NCBI GenBank assembly: GCA_030770535.1
Contig: JASVEC010000001.1
Location: forward strand, 558,001 to 622,000
DNA length: 64,000 nt
DNA from: Batkoa obscura
Lineage: Eukaryota
Direction: 5' to 3'
Under the pieces are notes generated by a model. That model did no database searches and was not told the DNA's origin. It saw only the letters and a program-made list of their open reading frames with translations. Below are positions 1 to 12,802 of the stretch, in pieces (position 1 is the stretch's first letter; each line of letters opens with the position of its first letter). A program made the translations under genes and the position numbers.

Positions 1-805
1 TGTGCTACTTGAAAATTCTACACAAATACAAGGTGAAGTCAAAAAGCTTGAAGAATGGAGAGGTTAAAGAAGATATGCGTGGTAATCTTTATATGACTCT
101 ATTGTATATGTTATGAGTAAAGCACATAAGGTTTCATGTTAATTAAATTACCTATCTAAGAGATATACTCAGGGGAAATAACTACTACTAATAAAAATTT
201 TGTTAGTATTTTTTTTTAGCTCCTCAGGAAATGATGTCCAAAACACGCTTTTGAAGTTTTAATTATATCTCAGAGCTAAAATTTAAATATAGCAGTGTAT
301 CCCTTATCCACCTAATAATAAATAACTAATATTATAGTATATTTGTTTCAGAATAATTAGATATCATGGTTAATATAGTTATTAAGCTAAATACTGATTT
401 TTGTTGGCTCTTAAATATTGAGTATTTAGCTTAATATGTTATATTGATATGATAGAAGTTATAAAAAATACAGTATGGCATAGCGCAAATTATTATGTGT
501 ACCAATGTTCCTGTATAAACTGAGTTTTTAATTTAACTGGTGCCTCTGGGTTTGCTATTATTTTAGACAATTTAAATTTTTATTTAATTCAAATCGAAAC
601 TAAGTTTTTCTTTATCTTGGCTGCTTTTGTAGTTTAAATTATTTTCTCATTGTATAAATACATCACTCTTCATACCAAATATAAACCACCTCATGGACTT
701 AATTGGAATTAATTAAGGCATCGCTAAACCCTATCGAAATACTCAAATATAAATATAATACCCAGACTCAACGTACATATTAATAGTTGAAATAAATTTT
801 TTAGC

Positions 806-911
806 ATATGGTGATGTTTTTTTGGTTTCATTACTTTTTCCATTTTTTGAGCGCTATTTAAGTGGAAAGATTGTTAGTAAAATTCTTAAACAAAAAAATA
901 CATCCCCGTAT
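806..911 (+). mobile_element. ~105-bp MITE family copy (orientation relative to the 19814-19920 reference copy)
   Basis: ATATGGTGATGT...ACATCCCCGTAT termini and the shared core GCGCTATTT.AGTGGAAAGATTGTTAGTAAAATTCTTAAAC. Confidence 0.85.
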
Positions 912-2784
912 GGCGGTGACTCTTTAGCAAATTAGTACTAAAGAGAAAAAGACTACAGTGAGCAAAACAGATTGAAATAAGGATACATTGTAATTTCATC
1001 TTGGAAACCAGCCTTCGTTTTCATTTCGTTTTTATAAGCTCTATCATCAAAACCTTAAATGTCAAGCTTTCATGACATCAGATAGTGATAGCTTTAAATT
1101 CAAGTATTTTTCATTAAATGATTGTATCTTAATAGCCTCTATGGTTTAACATACATTGTTAAAAAGTTATAACAGTCATTGCAATACAACACTATATGTT
1201 TATGTAATTATAGGATATTAAGTAAAAAATTAAAAGCCACTCATTAAATTTTATACTTCGATTTACATAAAAGTATTAGAGAATTATATTTGATTGAATG
1301 TAGTATTAAAATTAGAAAATGCCTTCTATTAAATGCTTATATTTTTTCCAAAGATCTTGAAGGAGCTTTTCAAGCTCCCAAGTGTTTTATTGTTAGATAA
1401 ATTATCATTTATAATCTTTAGAATTTGCTTTTCTGATTAATAGAGTTTTTTCTTATAATTTACTCCTCTAAATCTATTTATACTATTCACTGCAAAAATT
1501 GTAGCTACCCTGGGACATTACTTATCCTCAGAGTTTGTTTGTACTTCTAATGATAGTAAGACAACGAAAAGACTTTGAAGCCTTTCGGATATTACCTCCC
1601 CCTATATTACTGTCTAGCATTCGATTTTTTATTATCTTGTTTTCTAAAGAATACAACTTAAAAGTTTACAATTGTATTTTAATTTTGGTATTGTGTATCT
1701 TATACTGTGTAATATGTCTCCTCCCTTCCTTTACTTTCAAGCTTGTATCTGGATTATGCTAAATTACTTTTTTATTTATGTGTATGGTTGTTTCTAACAT
1801 TTTTTATACACTAATGATGCCATAAGTAGAAGAATTGTAATATTAAATTGATTTAATTTCATGTTCATTACTTTAGCTCATTTCATGTATTATGTATCAT
1901 TTGCTAAATCTAATATTAATTTATATTAAACTATCCAAGTTTATGTAACTTAGTCAATATAGTCATATAAGTCACAATTAGAAATATTCCCAATTAAAAA
2001 AAGAGTTGCATCAGAAGGAAGGCATACTGGAAGTATCTGCATGATTGCCTCTCGTGAAAGAGGATTAAGACGCGTTTTACATCCAAAATTTTTCATCATA
2101 ATCTCTTTAAGCCATACTGGGAATCGAACCCAGAGCGCTAATTTGACTGAAGCGCTACCATTTGTACTAGCTGACATAAAATATTATTATTATCAAAATT
2201 TGATATTTAATATATTTTAAAATTGAATAAGTGAATTTTTTATTCATTTCAATAGTAAACTTTTATTGGTTACTATTAGTACTATTACAATATAATAGAT
2301 AAAATATTATTTAGTATAAAAAAATAATATATTAAAAAAGTTTCAAGATTAAAATATTAAATATGTTTTGAAAATTTAATAGAAATTCCCGGATTAGCAA
2401 AGCTTTTTCTAATATAACCTATATATTAATATTAATCAAAGTTATATATAAATAAATTAGTTTAATGTTATAATTACATTACTAGTATACCACTAAGTTA
2501 ACAAACAGCTGCACGAGAAGGAGTGGTTGGCCTCAAAATTACAATTAACCATCATTATATAATACAAACAATATAGTAATAGCTTTTATTTATTATTACA
2601 ACTACTTCCTTTTTAACTATTTATTAACTTAATTATTAGTAATTTAAATAATATCAACATTTAATAATTGTTTTCTATTGTCTAATAAACTACTTAATTG
2701 CTTAGTGAATATTAAAACTTTTAAATTTTCTATTATTTTTATAAAATAAGCTGGGATTGATCTTTTTATTTTTTTATTTTCTAT

Positions 2785-3246
2785 TGTGAAATATCGCTTT
2801 ATCAGCTCTCGGATTGATTATAACAACAATCACTTAAGTTGTTGCGTTCTCAAGTTCAAGTACAATCAATTCAGAGCCACTTATTTTGATTTGCTGCAAG
2901 AATTTCTAACTTCATATTGCAAAGAATAATATCCTCTCATTTTGATATCCATACTTGTTGGAGTATAAAAGAGATTCTTCAATATGATAACTTGAAGCTT
3001 TTTAATTGAATTATTCCCTGATATCGTACTATCAATAAAGCCATTAAGTCTTTCTGACAATATCTTACGTAGATTTTACAGTAGTATCCTCTATTCTATT
3101 TGTTTTACATAGTTCGTAGCTTATTGCGTACTATTCATACTAATTTAAGTGTATCTTAGTTACATAAACTAAGACCGTTCGACTCAAGGCAAGTTAATCA
3201 ACCAAGAACTGCTTTTAGCCCCTACCACTGAGTACCAACTTTCACA
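2785..3246 (+). mobile_element. ~460-bp LTR-like element (solo or orphan LTR)
   Basis: TGTGAAA...TTTCACA (TG..CA termini, 7-bp inverted repeat), TATAAAA at 2964 followed by AATAAA at 3034; near-identical inverted copies at 10710-11170 and 15712-16172; no TSD seen. Confidence 0.7.
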
Positions 3247-3412
3247 TAGGTTATACTAGTAAAAACTTTGCTAATTTAAGAGTTTATATTAAATTTAATA
3301 AAAATTCTGCTAATTTATAACATAAATTGTAATAAAATAATTTAAAACTGTGTCAGATACTTTGCTTTTTAATAAAAAATTTACTTTAGAATTTTAAGCA
3401 AAATTTTTAAAA

Positions 3413-3518
3413 TACGGGGATGTTTTTTTTGGTTTCATTATTTTTTCCATTTTTTAAGCGCTATTTGAGTAGAAAGATTGTTAGTAAAATTCCTAAACAA
3501 AAAAATACATTCCCATAT
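3413..3518 (+). mobile_element. MITE family copy
   Basis: TACGGGGATGT...ACATTCCCATAT with the shared core. Confidence 0.85.
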
Positions 3519-5052
3519 AAAATATTAAAAATTGGATAAAAAAATGAAACCAATTTGGAGATCCCTATATAGATGATAAAATTTGCTAAAAAAAATTAGC
3601 ATAATAATAAAAATTTCAAACTGTTAAGTTAGTGATTAGGTTTTGTTTATTTTATGCAAAATAGCTCAGCTGCTTTGTCTTTATATATTTAAATTTAAAA
3701 ATACTTTGTTTTTTTTATTTGTGACTTAGTATAGCCTGAAAAATACAGCTAATTGATAGAACCAGTGAATGACAGCTATTGGAGATAAAACTCAGAAATT
3801 TATTGTGCTGGTGCTTTTAATCACATCGGAAAAGTCAGTTTTTTTTGGCTTTATCTTTGGCAGTTATGGTTTTATGTTTTTGTTACAAAGTTTGAGCTCT
3901 TTGCAACAAATGCTACCACTGTAAAGATCTTATTTTTTAGGAAAGAAGGTATACTAAATATCAAGTAAAGATAAAAAAGTTATAATATTAAAATTAACAA
4001 TAATTGTTAATTTAGTTTATTTTTTTATTTCACAGTAAAAAGCGAGCTTATATAGTGTTTGGGTTAAGCCTATGTGATTTATTGGATGTGTATATAAAAA
4101 TAACCAGTGTGCTTTGTGTGAATATGTTTTATTTTGCGCCATGTGGATGTGGGGACTGATTTAATATTGTGTCTATGACTATTTGGACATTAGTACTATA
4201 TTTGGTTTTATGACTTGTTGGATGTTAATTTAGCAGTTATTTCTATTTAAGGTAAGTTATATCGATTGGCGAATTTGACTCATAACAGTGGAATTAATAG
4301 CGAAACCTGAACAAACATAGTAAAAATCTTAAATTAGAATTACCTTATAAATTAAACAGAAACTGCAATACAGAACACCCATTTCAAAGAACATTAAAAT
4401 GTGGCTATATATTTAATGAGGAAAGAACATTGAACTGAATGATCTATAGCGCACCAGATTGGTTTACTACTTTTGTATAGCATCAGAGTATATTCATAAA
4501 AATTCAACCATTTTATCCGCAAAATAATAATTGAAAGAAAAATGTTCTATCAAAATGTTTTTTGAAAAGTATTCGAATTCTAAAAATATGAAGATAAACT
4601 TTGGAGGTAAACTTTGGAGGTAAACTTTGATAACTATATGTAGATTGATGCTTCTTTTAGACATCAATGTTCATCAAAACATTAAGTAGCTTGGTATCGC
4701 AAGCTCACTATCAAATATCTTTTTAGTCAATCTGGTTAATATATACATCTGTGATTAACCAGAAAATGGATTACTAGTATTGTTATGTTTAAGTAGTACT
4801 CTCTCTTCAAACTTTTTGACTCCCACATATATTCTACACTCTTCACAAAGCTTAGGGTTTGTTTTAGTTTAAACAAGATATTATTATTTTTTTCTCAATA
4901 GTTTAATTTGATCATATTAAATGAATTGGGATTTATAATTCGTGCAGCTACGGGTATAAATACTAATGAATCAATATTAAATATAGATTTGTTTACTTAA
5001 ACTAATAAAGTACAAAATCACTTAAGTAACATCTGAAATATAGCAAATACAC

Positions 5053-6279
5053 TTATAAAGATTCTATTGGGTTACTAAACGTCCCATCATTGTCATGATT
5101 ATTATCAATATTGATAGGATTTGCACTTTCATCTAAAGTTGAATTGATTACATTCAATTCCATAGCAGGTTGATTAACTAAAAATATATAAGCTTATATA
5201 AATAAATAAACAAATAAGTGTACTATCATCTTTTTTCTCACTATTTTTTATAACTTTGATTTTATAAAGAACAACTTTGATTGCATCGTGAACTGTGGGA
5301 TCGCAACAAAAGGCAGTAAAATTTAATGCGCCAATAAGTGGATATGTGATAATAGTCATTCGATCCAAAATAATACTCCCTTTGTCACTAAAATCAAAGT
5401 AAATTTGGGATACAATACTTGCACTGTGAGTTATTAACATGGATATAGGATACAATAATCTATAAAATCAGTGATTTGAAATATTAATAAATTGATAAAT
5501 AGATACATTCTATAACCCAATAGTCTTATAGCTTTGATAGTTTTAAGTGTAGACTCTGAATTGGTCTTTAGTTTACGAGAGCCAATTAAAACAGCTCCCC
5601 GGCTTAACCTTATACATATGATAATAACAATGACACTAAGGTAAATAAGTGTTAATAATCTCCAAAGCTGAGTTGCGAAAAAATCAAAAATTTTCATGTA
5701 GCTTTCATCCCCAGCCTCTGCAGCAACATAGCAGCCAGCATAATCACTCCAACCAAGTTTACCTAAAGCTAATTTCGTGATTAACAGTCTTTCCAAAACC
5801 AATATTATGCTTACCAAGTGGTGGTACCGAAATCAAAAGCGAGATTATTATAGGGACTAGCCAGTATGCTATTTCAATTTTTTTGGTAATTTGGACATTG
5901 TGAATGAAAACTAGCTGTAGATTTACAGCAATTGATACATTTATAAATGAATCAAATGCCGTAATTGCTACCATGCTCCAGCCGAAAAACGTACAAATTG
6001 GACTAGGACTATATGTAAAAGGTACTCTCCATAATGATCCAGTATGTAACCAAAGAGCATAAAATGCTAATCCAGTTTGTAATCTTAAAGACACTCGATC
6101 TACTAGCTTACGATCATATATAGCTAATAAAGAATTGAGTAAAAAAAATAGTAAAACAGCATATAAGTACATATCCCGATCATAAATAAAATTACAAGCA
6201 ATGCCAAAAACGCAGAGACATAAGAAACACTTGGAACGTATTTTTCAGATAATAAATCATTGAGTGGATCGGTCTCCAT
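5053..6279 (-). CDS. 7TM GPCR-like receptor, paralog 1 (~346 aa, 5 exons; cAMP-receptor/Git3-like type)
   Basis: Exons 6279-6171, 6123-5815, 5768-5507, 5459-5224, 5177-5053 splice in frame (1041 nt) with GT-AG introns; METDPLND...IYDRKLVDRVSLRLQ...NFTAFCCDP...IESL*; seven hydrophobic segments, Cys at the top of TM3 and in ECL2. Confidence 0.85.
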
Positions 6280-6941
6280 TTCAAGGGAAGATTTTTATGT
6301 CAAATTTGTGTTAGATATTTATACAATGTAGCAAGCTAACTATTTTAAAAAAAAAAGTAAAGATATGCAATTGTACCCAGTATTTATACTTTTAATGTTA
6401 TACTTAATTGATAAAGCCTTTAAAACATTTCCTACCTATAAGTATATTTTACTTGTGACAATTTTATAAACCAGTTTATTTTTTTAGTACATTTGTAAAA
6501 GCAAGTTCAAAAATCGAATTAAAACTGTTTTGGGTGCAAAAAGTTAATAAAAATTAACTATAATTCAGCTTCGAAGCATTAAATTATGAAAAATTTTATT
6601 TAATAGTCTGATTATTAAAATATAATATAAAATTTTATTCGGCTTTTTGTTTTTAAGTAAGTGGTCAACTGCTTTTAGTTAAAAATTAAAACACTAGGTA
6701 TATACATTTTTTTAGATTTGTTTATATTAAATAAAATTAATCAATAGCTGTAAAAATAATTCAAAGCTTTTTATGACTTTTCTACATCATAAAAAAACTT
6801 TTTATAATTTGTTTCTAGTTTTTTATATTAATTTAATCTTTATTAAATAAAAACATTATATATAAATACTATAAAATTTATAGTTTATATATCATATATA
6901 AACAAATACTTTTATCAATGATAATTAATAAACAAAAAAGC

Positions 6942-7048
6942 ATATGGGGATGTATTTTTTTGTTTAGGAATTTTACTAACAATCTTTCCGCTAAAATAGC
7001 GCTTAAAAAGTGGAAAAAATAATGAAGCTAAAAAAAACATCCTCATAT
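6942..7048 (-). mobile_element. MITE family copy
   Basis: ATATGGGGATGT...ACATCCTCATAT, reverse-complement core. Confidence 0.85.
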
Positions 7049-7818
7049 TATTTATTCCTTAAAGGTTTGTGATTTTGAATCTAAAACAAGTTTGTTTCAA
7101 TTTATGATATATTTGTCTTATACCAAAATATAAAATATGAACACAAACAAATCAAATTAAATTAGATGTGTTCCTATTCATAAACAAGTTAATTTAGAAA
7201 GATTAAGGCAGTCAGTAGCAAGATACAAATAAAAATGTAAATCCGAAATTGGAGACATTTGAATGTGGCGACGTTTTAAGAGAACAGGATATTAAATTAC
7301 ATTATCAGTTGATTTGCAATTTAAATTCATGAATAATACATTACTAAAAATGCAATCAGTTCCATCCCTCAAAGTTATAATATTAGGATAAAATGACAGC
7401 CATCAAAGTAGTTCTTTTTTTGACGAGTAGTAAAATTTCGAAAGTATGTAAGCTTTATATATAACTAAAATTCCAATTATCTTTGTAGATAATGATGCTC
7501 TATGTGATTTTGATTAGCTCAATAATGTTAATTAATATTGGTTTTTTTAAATAACTCTAGCTATTGGTATTATTATATTTAAGTAGAAACAATTCTAAAG
7601 TTTTTAACTTTCATACCTAAAACTCAATTATTTTTACGTAACATAAACTTTACATTGTGTATGTATTAAACTATAGTTTTATTTCTCGACTTTTTGATCA
7701 TACGAAAGTTTATGTTCACTAATCCATTCAATTTTTTGCTTTATAAACATAAATTCAGATTGAATTTTATTTAATAGAATAAATCCTCATTTATAGAGTT
7801 TGGCACAAGCAAAAGAAA

Positions 7819-9043
7819 TTACAAAGATTTAATCAAGGCAGAAAAGGCTTCATTACTAGTGTAGTCATTGCTGTAATAATCAGGACTTTTGCCTTCTTCT
7901 AAACGTGGACTAATGCCATTTAATTCCATGTCAACTTGCGTAGCTAAAAACATAAGTCTATGTAAATTAAAGTAATATCATACATACCATCATCCTTCAT
8001 ATCGTCATTTGGTTTCTTGATAATTCTATAATAGACAACTTTGACTGCATTATGGACCGTAGGATCAAAACAGAAAGCAATAAAGTTTAATAATCCTACA
8101 AGGGGAAACGTAAGCATAGTCCAAGAGTCTAAGAATGTATTGGGAGTATCGCTAAATGCATCATGGGTTTGAGACAAAATTCCTGCGGTGCTGGTGATTA
8201 GCATTACTAATGGATATAACAATCTATAAAGTTAGTTAAGTGTGAAAAAAGTAAACTAACTCATACATTCTATAGCCCAATGTTCTTATAGCTCTGGAAG
8301 CTCTAGGAGAAGTTCCAGAATCCATATTCAATCTTTGCAAATCTACCAAAGTAGCCCCACGCTTTAATTTCATAAATACGATACTGACAACAACTATGAG
8401 GTATACAATTGCTAATAATCTCCAAAGTTGAGCACCAAAAAAATCAAACATCTTCATGTTTTGTTCGTTTCCTTCAACTATTGCAATATAGCAACCACCA
8501 TACCGACTCCATCCAAACATTCCTAAAGCTAAATTTATAATTTAGTAACTTTGTTGAAACCAAAGTCAAACTTACCAAGCGGAGGAATCGTGATTAAAAG
8601 GGAGAGGAGTACAGGAACTACCCAATATGCAATTTCAATATTCCTTGTAATTTGTTTGTTGTGGATGAAGACAAGCTGGAGATTTACAGCAATTGATACG
8701 TTGATAAAAGCATAGAATAATGTAAATGCTATGACACTCCAACCGAAAAAAGTACAAAGAGGTCCTGCTTCCTTTGAATAAGGTATACGCCATAACGATG
8801 CAGTGTGTAACCAGATATCATAAACTGCTAATGCAGTTTGTAATCTTAAAGACACTCGATCTACTAGCTTACGATCATATATAGCTAATAAAAAATTGAG
8901 TATAAATACTATAAAAAAAGCACTAGATACATACACATTCCGATCATAAATAAGATCACAACTAGTGCCAGGAGTGCAGAAATATAACCGACAATTGGGA
9001 TATATTTACTGATTAAAAAGAATTGAAAAGGGCTAGGATCCAT
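7819..9043 (-). CDS. 7TM GPCR-like receptor, paralog 2 (5 exons)
   Basis: MDPSPFQFFLISKY...DRVSLRLQ...NFIAFCFDP...IKSL*; same four intron positions as paralog 1. Confidence 0.85.
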
Positions 9044-9802
9044 CGTTTTAATTTTAATAACATGTTCTATTTTCTCTATTTATACATTTTTAAATCTGGG
9101 TTATTTGATTGATGTATAATTATATAATATGATATAAATGGAACATAATATAGCTTTTGATATTAAAGTTTATAATTTTGTTTTTGGGATCTTTGTTTAA
9201 TTAAAACTCCCAACTATATTCTTGTGGAACTTTTACCATTTATATTGCTAAGGTTGCAAACAAATCGTTTTTTTACTTAATACCAAATATATCTTCTAGA
9301 ATATAAATGGGGATGTTTTTTACTTTCATTTATTTTATATTTTTAAGCTCTGCGAGTGGAAATTTTTTGATAGAATTTTAAACAAAAAAATATGCTCAAA
9401 ATAACACGAGCGGGTTAGAAAACCTAGTTGAAATTGTAATTATCCAATTTGATTTAGGTTCGGGTTTGCAAGGTTGGGGGCATTGATTTTAAAATTTGGC
9501 AAAAGTGGCTTTTTATTATACTAGGTAGGTTTTTATGAGGTAGTTTTTAAAGTATCTAAAGTACTTTAGTGAAAAACCTGGTAAGAGCAATGAATTGCAA
9601 CTAGAAAAAACATTATTTGTAAAATAATACTTAATTTAAAGGAATTTTTTAAAAAATAAAATTGTTAACATAGTAGCAAATTACCTATTTTTTAAAGTCA
9701 AAAACCTTATTTTGAAATAATCTTATGTATGCAATGAAGTTTTTGGGCAAAAAATAATAACCACGTTATTAGCTGCGCCAGCTATTATTTTTGTTCAAAG
9801 CC

Positions 9803-10065
9803 TGTAAAATTCGATACTTAGTAGGTGGGGTTAAGCAGTTCTAGCTTAATCAACTAGCTTTAAGTTAAAAAGTCTTAGTTTATATAATTAAAATAAACTT
9901 AAATTATAAAAAATAGTATATAATAAGTTATAGACTATGTAAAACAAGTAGAATAAAAAACACAATTATGAAGTTTATATAAAATATCATAAAAAAATTT
10001 AATAGCTTTATTAAAAAAAATAATTTAAAAAAACAAGTTATAATAAAAAGTTTTTTTATACTCTG
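9803..10065 (-). mobile_element. Degenerate, AT-shifted relic of the LTR-like element (duplicate at ~14805-15067)
   Basis: 9841-9990 aligns ungapped to 10750-10899 at ~70% identity; begins TGTAAAA versus TGTGAAA; right boundary approximate. Confidence 0.75.
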
Positions 10066-10196
10066 CATTAAATAATTATATATAAAAACCACAATAACAG
10101 TTATAATATTTTATAAGCTATGATTTATTATTTGATAAAAAAAATTCTATAATTCTATAAAATTGCTTTTATAAAAATGTATAAAACAGCTTTGCT

Positions 10197-10302
10197 ATAT
10201 GGGGATGTATTTTTTTGTTTAGGAATTTTACTAACAATCTTTCTGCTCAAATAGCGCTTGAAAGATGTAAAAAGTGATGATACCAAAAAAACATCCCCGT
10301 AT
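10197..10302 (-). mobile_element. MITE family copy (duplicate 15199-15304; degenerate copies at ~9307-9400, ~10421-10516 and their +5002 duplicates)
   Basis: ATATGGGGATGT...ACATCCCCGTAT. Confidence 0.85.
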
Positions 10303-10709
10303 AAAAACTTATTTAGTATTTACTTTTTATAAAATTTGTATTAATTTTTTACTTCCTGAAAATAACTTTTAATTATTAAAACTAAAAAACTTCTAATAAC
10401 TGTTAATATATATATATAAACGTGCATTTTTGTGTTTAAAAATTTTATTAAGAATTTTTGCTTAAATAGCACTTAAAAGATAAAAAAAAAGATAAAGCCA
10501 AACAAACATCGCTATGTTTTTTATTTTTTATTTTTTTAAAGCTTTTTTCAGCTTTTTTTTACTATTTGTTATATTAAAAATAACTTTTAATTATAATACT
10601 CAACAGTCAAATTATTAGTTTAATTTTAATTTTAATTTTAATTTTAATTTTTAAAATAAATTTATAAAAATAAATAGAAAATAACTATAATTAAACCAAA
10701 TATAAAAAA

Positions 10710-11170
10710 TGTGAAAGTTGGTACTCAGTGGTAGGAGTTAAAAGCAGTTCTTGGTTGATTAACTTGCCTTGAGTCGAACGGTCTTAGTTTATGTAACTAA
10801 GATACACTTAAATTAGTATGAATAGTACGCAATAAGCTACGAACTATGTAAAACAAATAGAATAGAGGATACTACTGTAAAATCTACGCAAGACGTTGTC
10901 AAAAAGACTTAATGGCTTTATTGATAGTATGATATCAGGGAGTAATTCAATTAAAAAGCTTCAAGTTATCATGTTGAAGAATCTCTTTTATACTCCAACA
11001 AGTATGGATATCAAAATGAGAGGATATTATTCTTTGCAATATAAAGTTAGAAATTCTTGCAGCAAATCAAAATAAGTGGCTCTGAATTGACTGTACTTGA
11101 ACTTGAAACACAGCAACTTAAGTGATTGTTGTTATAATCAATCCGAGAGCTAATAAAGCAATATTTCACA
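10710..11170 (-). mobile_element. LTR-like element, inverted copy of 2785-3246
   Basis: TGTGAAAGTTGG...ATATTTCACA; reverse complement matches 2785-3246 with few substitutions. Confidence 0.7.
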
Positions 11171-11186
11171 ATAATTAATATTTAGC

Positions 11187-11293
11187 ATCTGGGGATGTAT
11201 GTTTGTGTTTAAGAATTTTACTAACAACCTTTCCACTCAAATAGCGCTTGAAAGATAAAAAAAAGTGATGAAGCCAGAAAAAAACATCCTTAT
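11187..11293 (-). mobile_element. MITE family copy (duplicate ~16189-16295)
   Basis: TGGGGATGTAT...ACATCCTTAT, reverse-complement core. Confidence 0.8.
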
Positions 11294-11643
11294 CTGTTAA
11301 AATAAAAAATTATTAAAAAACAATTTTATATAAATAAAATAAGCTATTTAAAGTCTAGTTTTATTTATAAAAAATTAAGAAAATAAAGAAAAAGTTTTAC
11401 AAATCTGGCAATATAATAATTTATTTAGAATAAAAATAGAAGTAAAGCAGTCGAGGTTTGCTATAAATCTTATATATGGATTTTTTTATTTAAAAACGTA
11501 AATAAAAGTATCATATTCTAAACTATTTAAAAAACAAATAAAATCTTAAAGTAAAAAAAGATTTTTCTATAATAAGTTGCATTTTAAGTTCTGTTTTTAC
11601 TTTTAATTTCTTTTATAACAAATTTATAAATCAAGACATTGTG

Positions 11644-11749
11644 TATGGGGGTGTTTTTTTTGGCTTCATTACTTTTTCCATTTTTTAAGTGCTATTTCAG
11701 CGGAAAGATTGTTAGTAAAATTCTTAAACAAAAAAATACATCCCCATAT
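11644..11749 (+). mobile_element. MITE family copy (duplicate 16646-16751)
   Basis: TATGGGGGTGT...ACATCCCCATAT. Confidence 0.85.
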
Positions 11750-12802
11750 AGCTTATAAATCTGCTATAAAAGAGACTAACAATAAATTAAAAAAAACAAA
11801 AGCACTTAAATGCAACCAGTTTTATAAAAATTTGGAATAATTTAAAGAATATGTGTACCTTATAAAGCAATATAAAGTATAAGACAAAAACTTTAAAATT
11901 ATAACATTACAGACAAACCAAACTTAATAATAAATTTTAAAACTAATAAATCCGATACATAGATATATTTTTGTCGATAATTTAATTATTTTTCAGGTCC
12001 TTAAATTTGGAGAGCAAAAAAGTGGCTAAGAGAAAAAGATATACCACATGGGTTGTAATCTATGAACTTCGGTATATTTTCAAAAAAACCATTTCCTTTA
12101 TTGTAACCTTATTCAAAAGGTGGTAAAATTTCTAAAAAAGAATTATAATATTCCCCTTTAATTCTCAAAGCTGTCATATTATTACCACATGGGATAGTTT
12201 ATTCTTATTGCTTAAATATTTTTTATCTAAATTTATTTGACAAATCATGTTTTATTTGTTCTAGCAGGTGATTCGAAAATAATTTTTTTAAGGGATACAT
12301 ATTTAACAAAAAATGCTCAGATATAATAAAATATTCCAATAATTAGATAAATTGGCCATACTATACTATAGCTAATGCTTTTTTGATTTTGTTGTTTATT
12401 TTTTTACATCTTATTCTCAACCAAACATATAATTTAAATGTATATTTTAATGTTCTAACTTTATAAATCTCATAGCTAAACCTCAGTCCTTGGAAATTTC
12501 TAAAAAATATATAGCACCTAAGTTAGTCTATGTACAAAGTTCATTTTTTTACAGTCTTACTATAAGGGTTTTATTAGCTAAGGATGAACAGGACAAAAAT
12601 ATACAATTCTTCCTAGTTTGGAATTGGCTATATAAATTATAAATATTTGGATTGGTGGAATCTATTTTTAACTTAAGGGTTTCTTAAATTTACCTATTCA
12701 CAGTATAAATGCAAAATCTAACGTTACTAAAATATGACTATTTCAAAAATTCAATAAAAATGTATGTTAATGAGCTTAAACTCAAATTTTATTAATTACT
12801 CT

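Noticed and set aside
940..2177. ORFs 1535-1762 (+) and 1950-2177 (-) and nearby coding-like fragments
   Set aside because: No recognisable motif and no consistent splice model; possibly a decayed gene but unsupported
9742..9800. Imperfect hairpin containing AGCTGCGCCA, which matches the tRNA-Met A-box region
   Set aside because: Only a 10-nt match, no cloverleaf or B box; stem is mostly A/T
10618..10652. (TTTTAA)n tract as an interstitial telomere
   Set aside because: No G-rich strand; a simple AT microsatellite, like AACTTTGGAGGT x2 at ~4598 and TACTTTTAA repeats at ~61505
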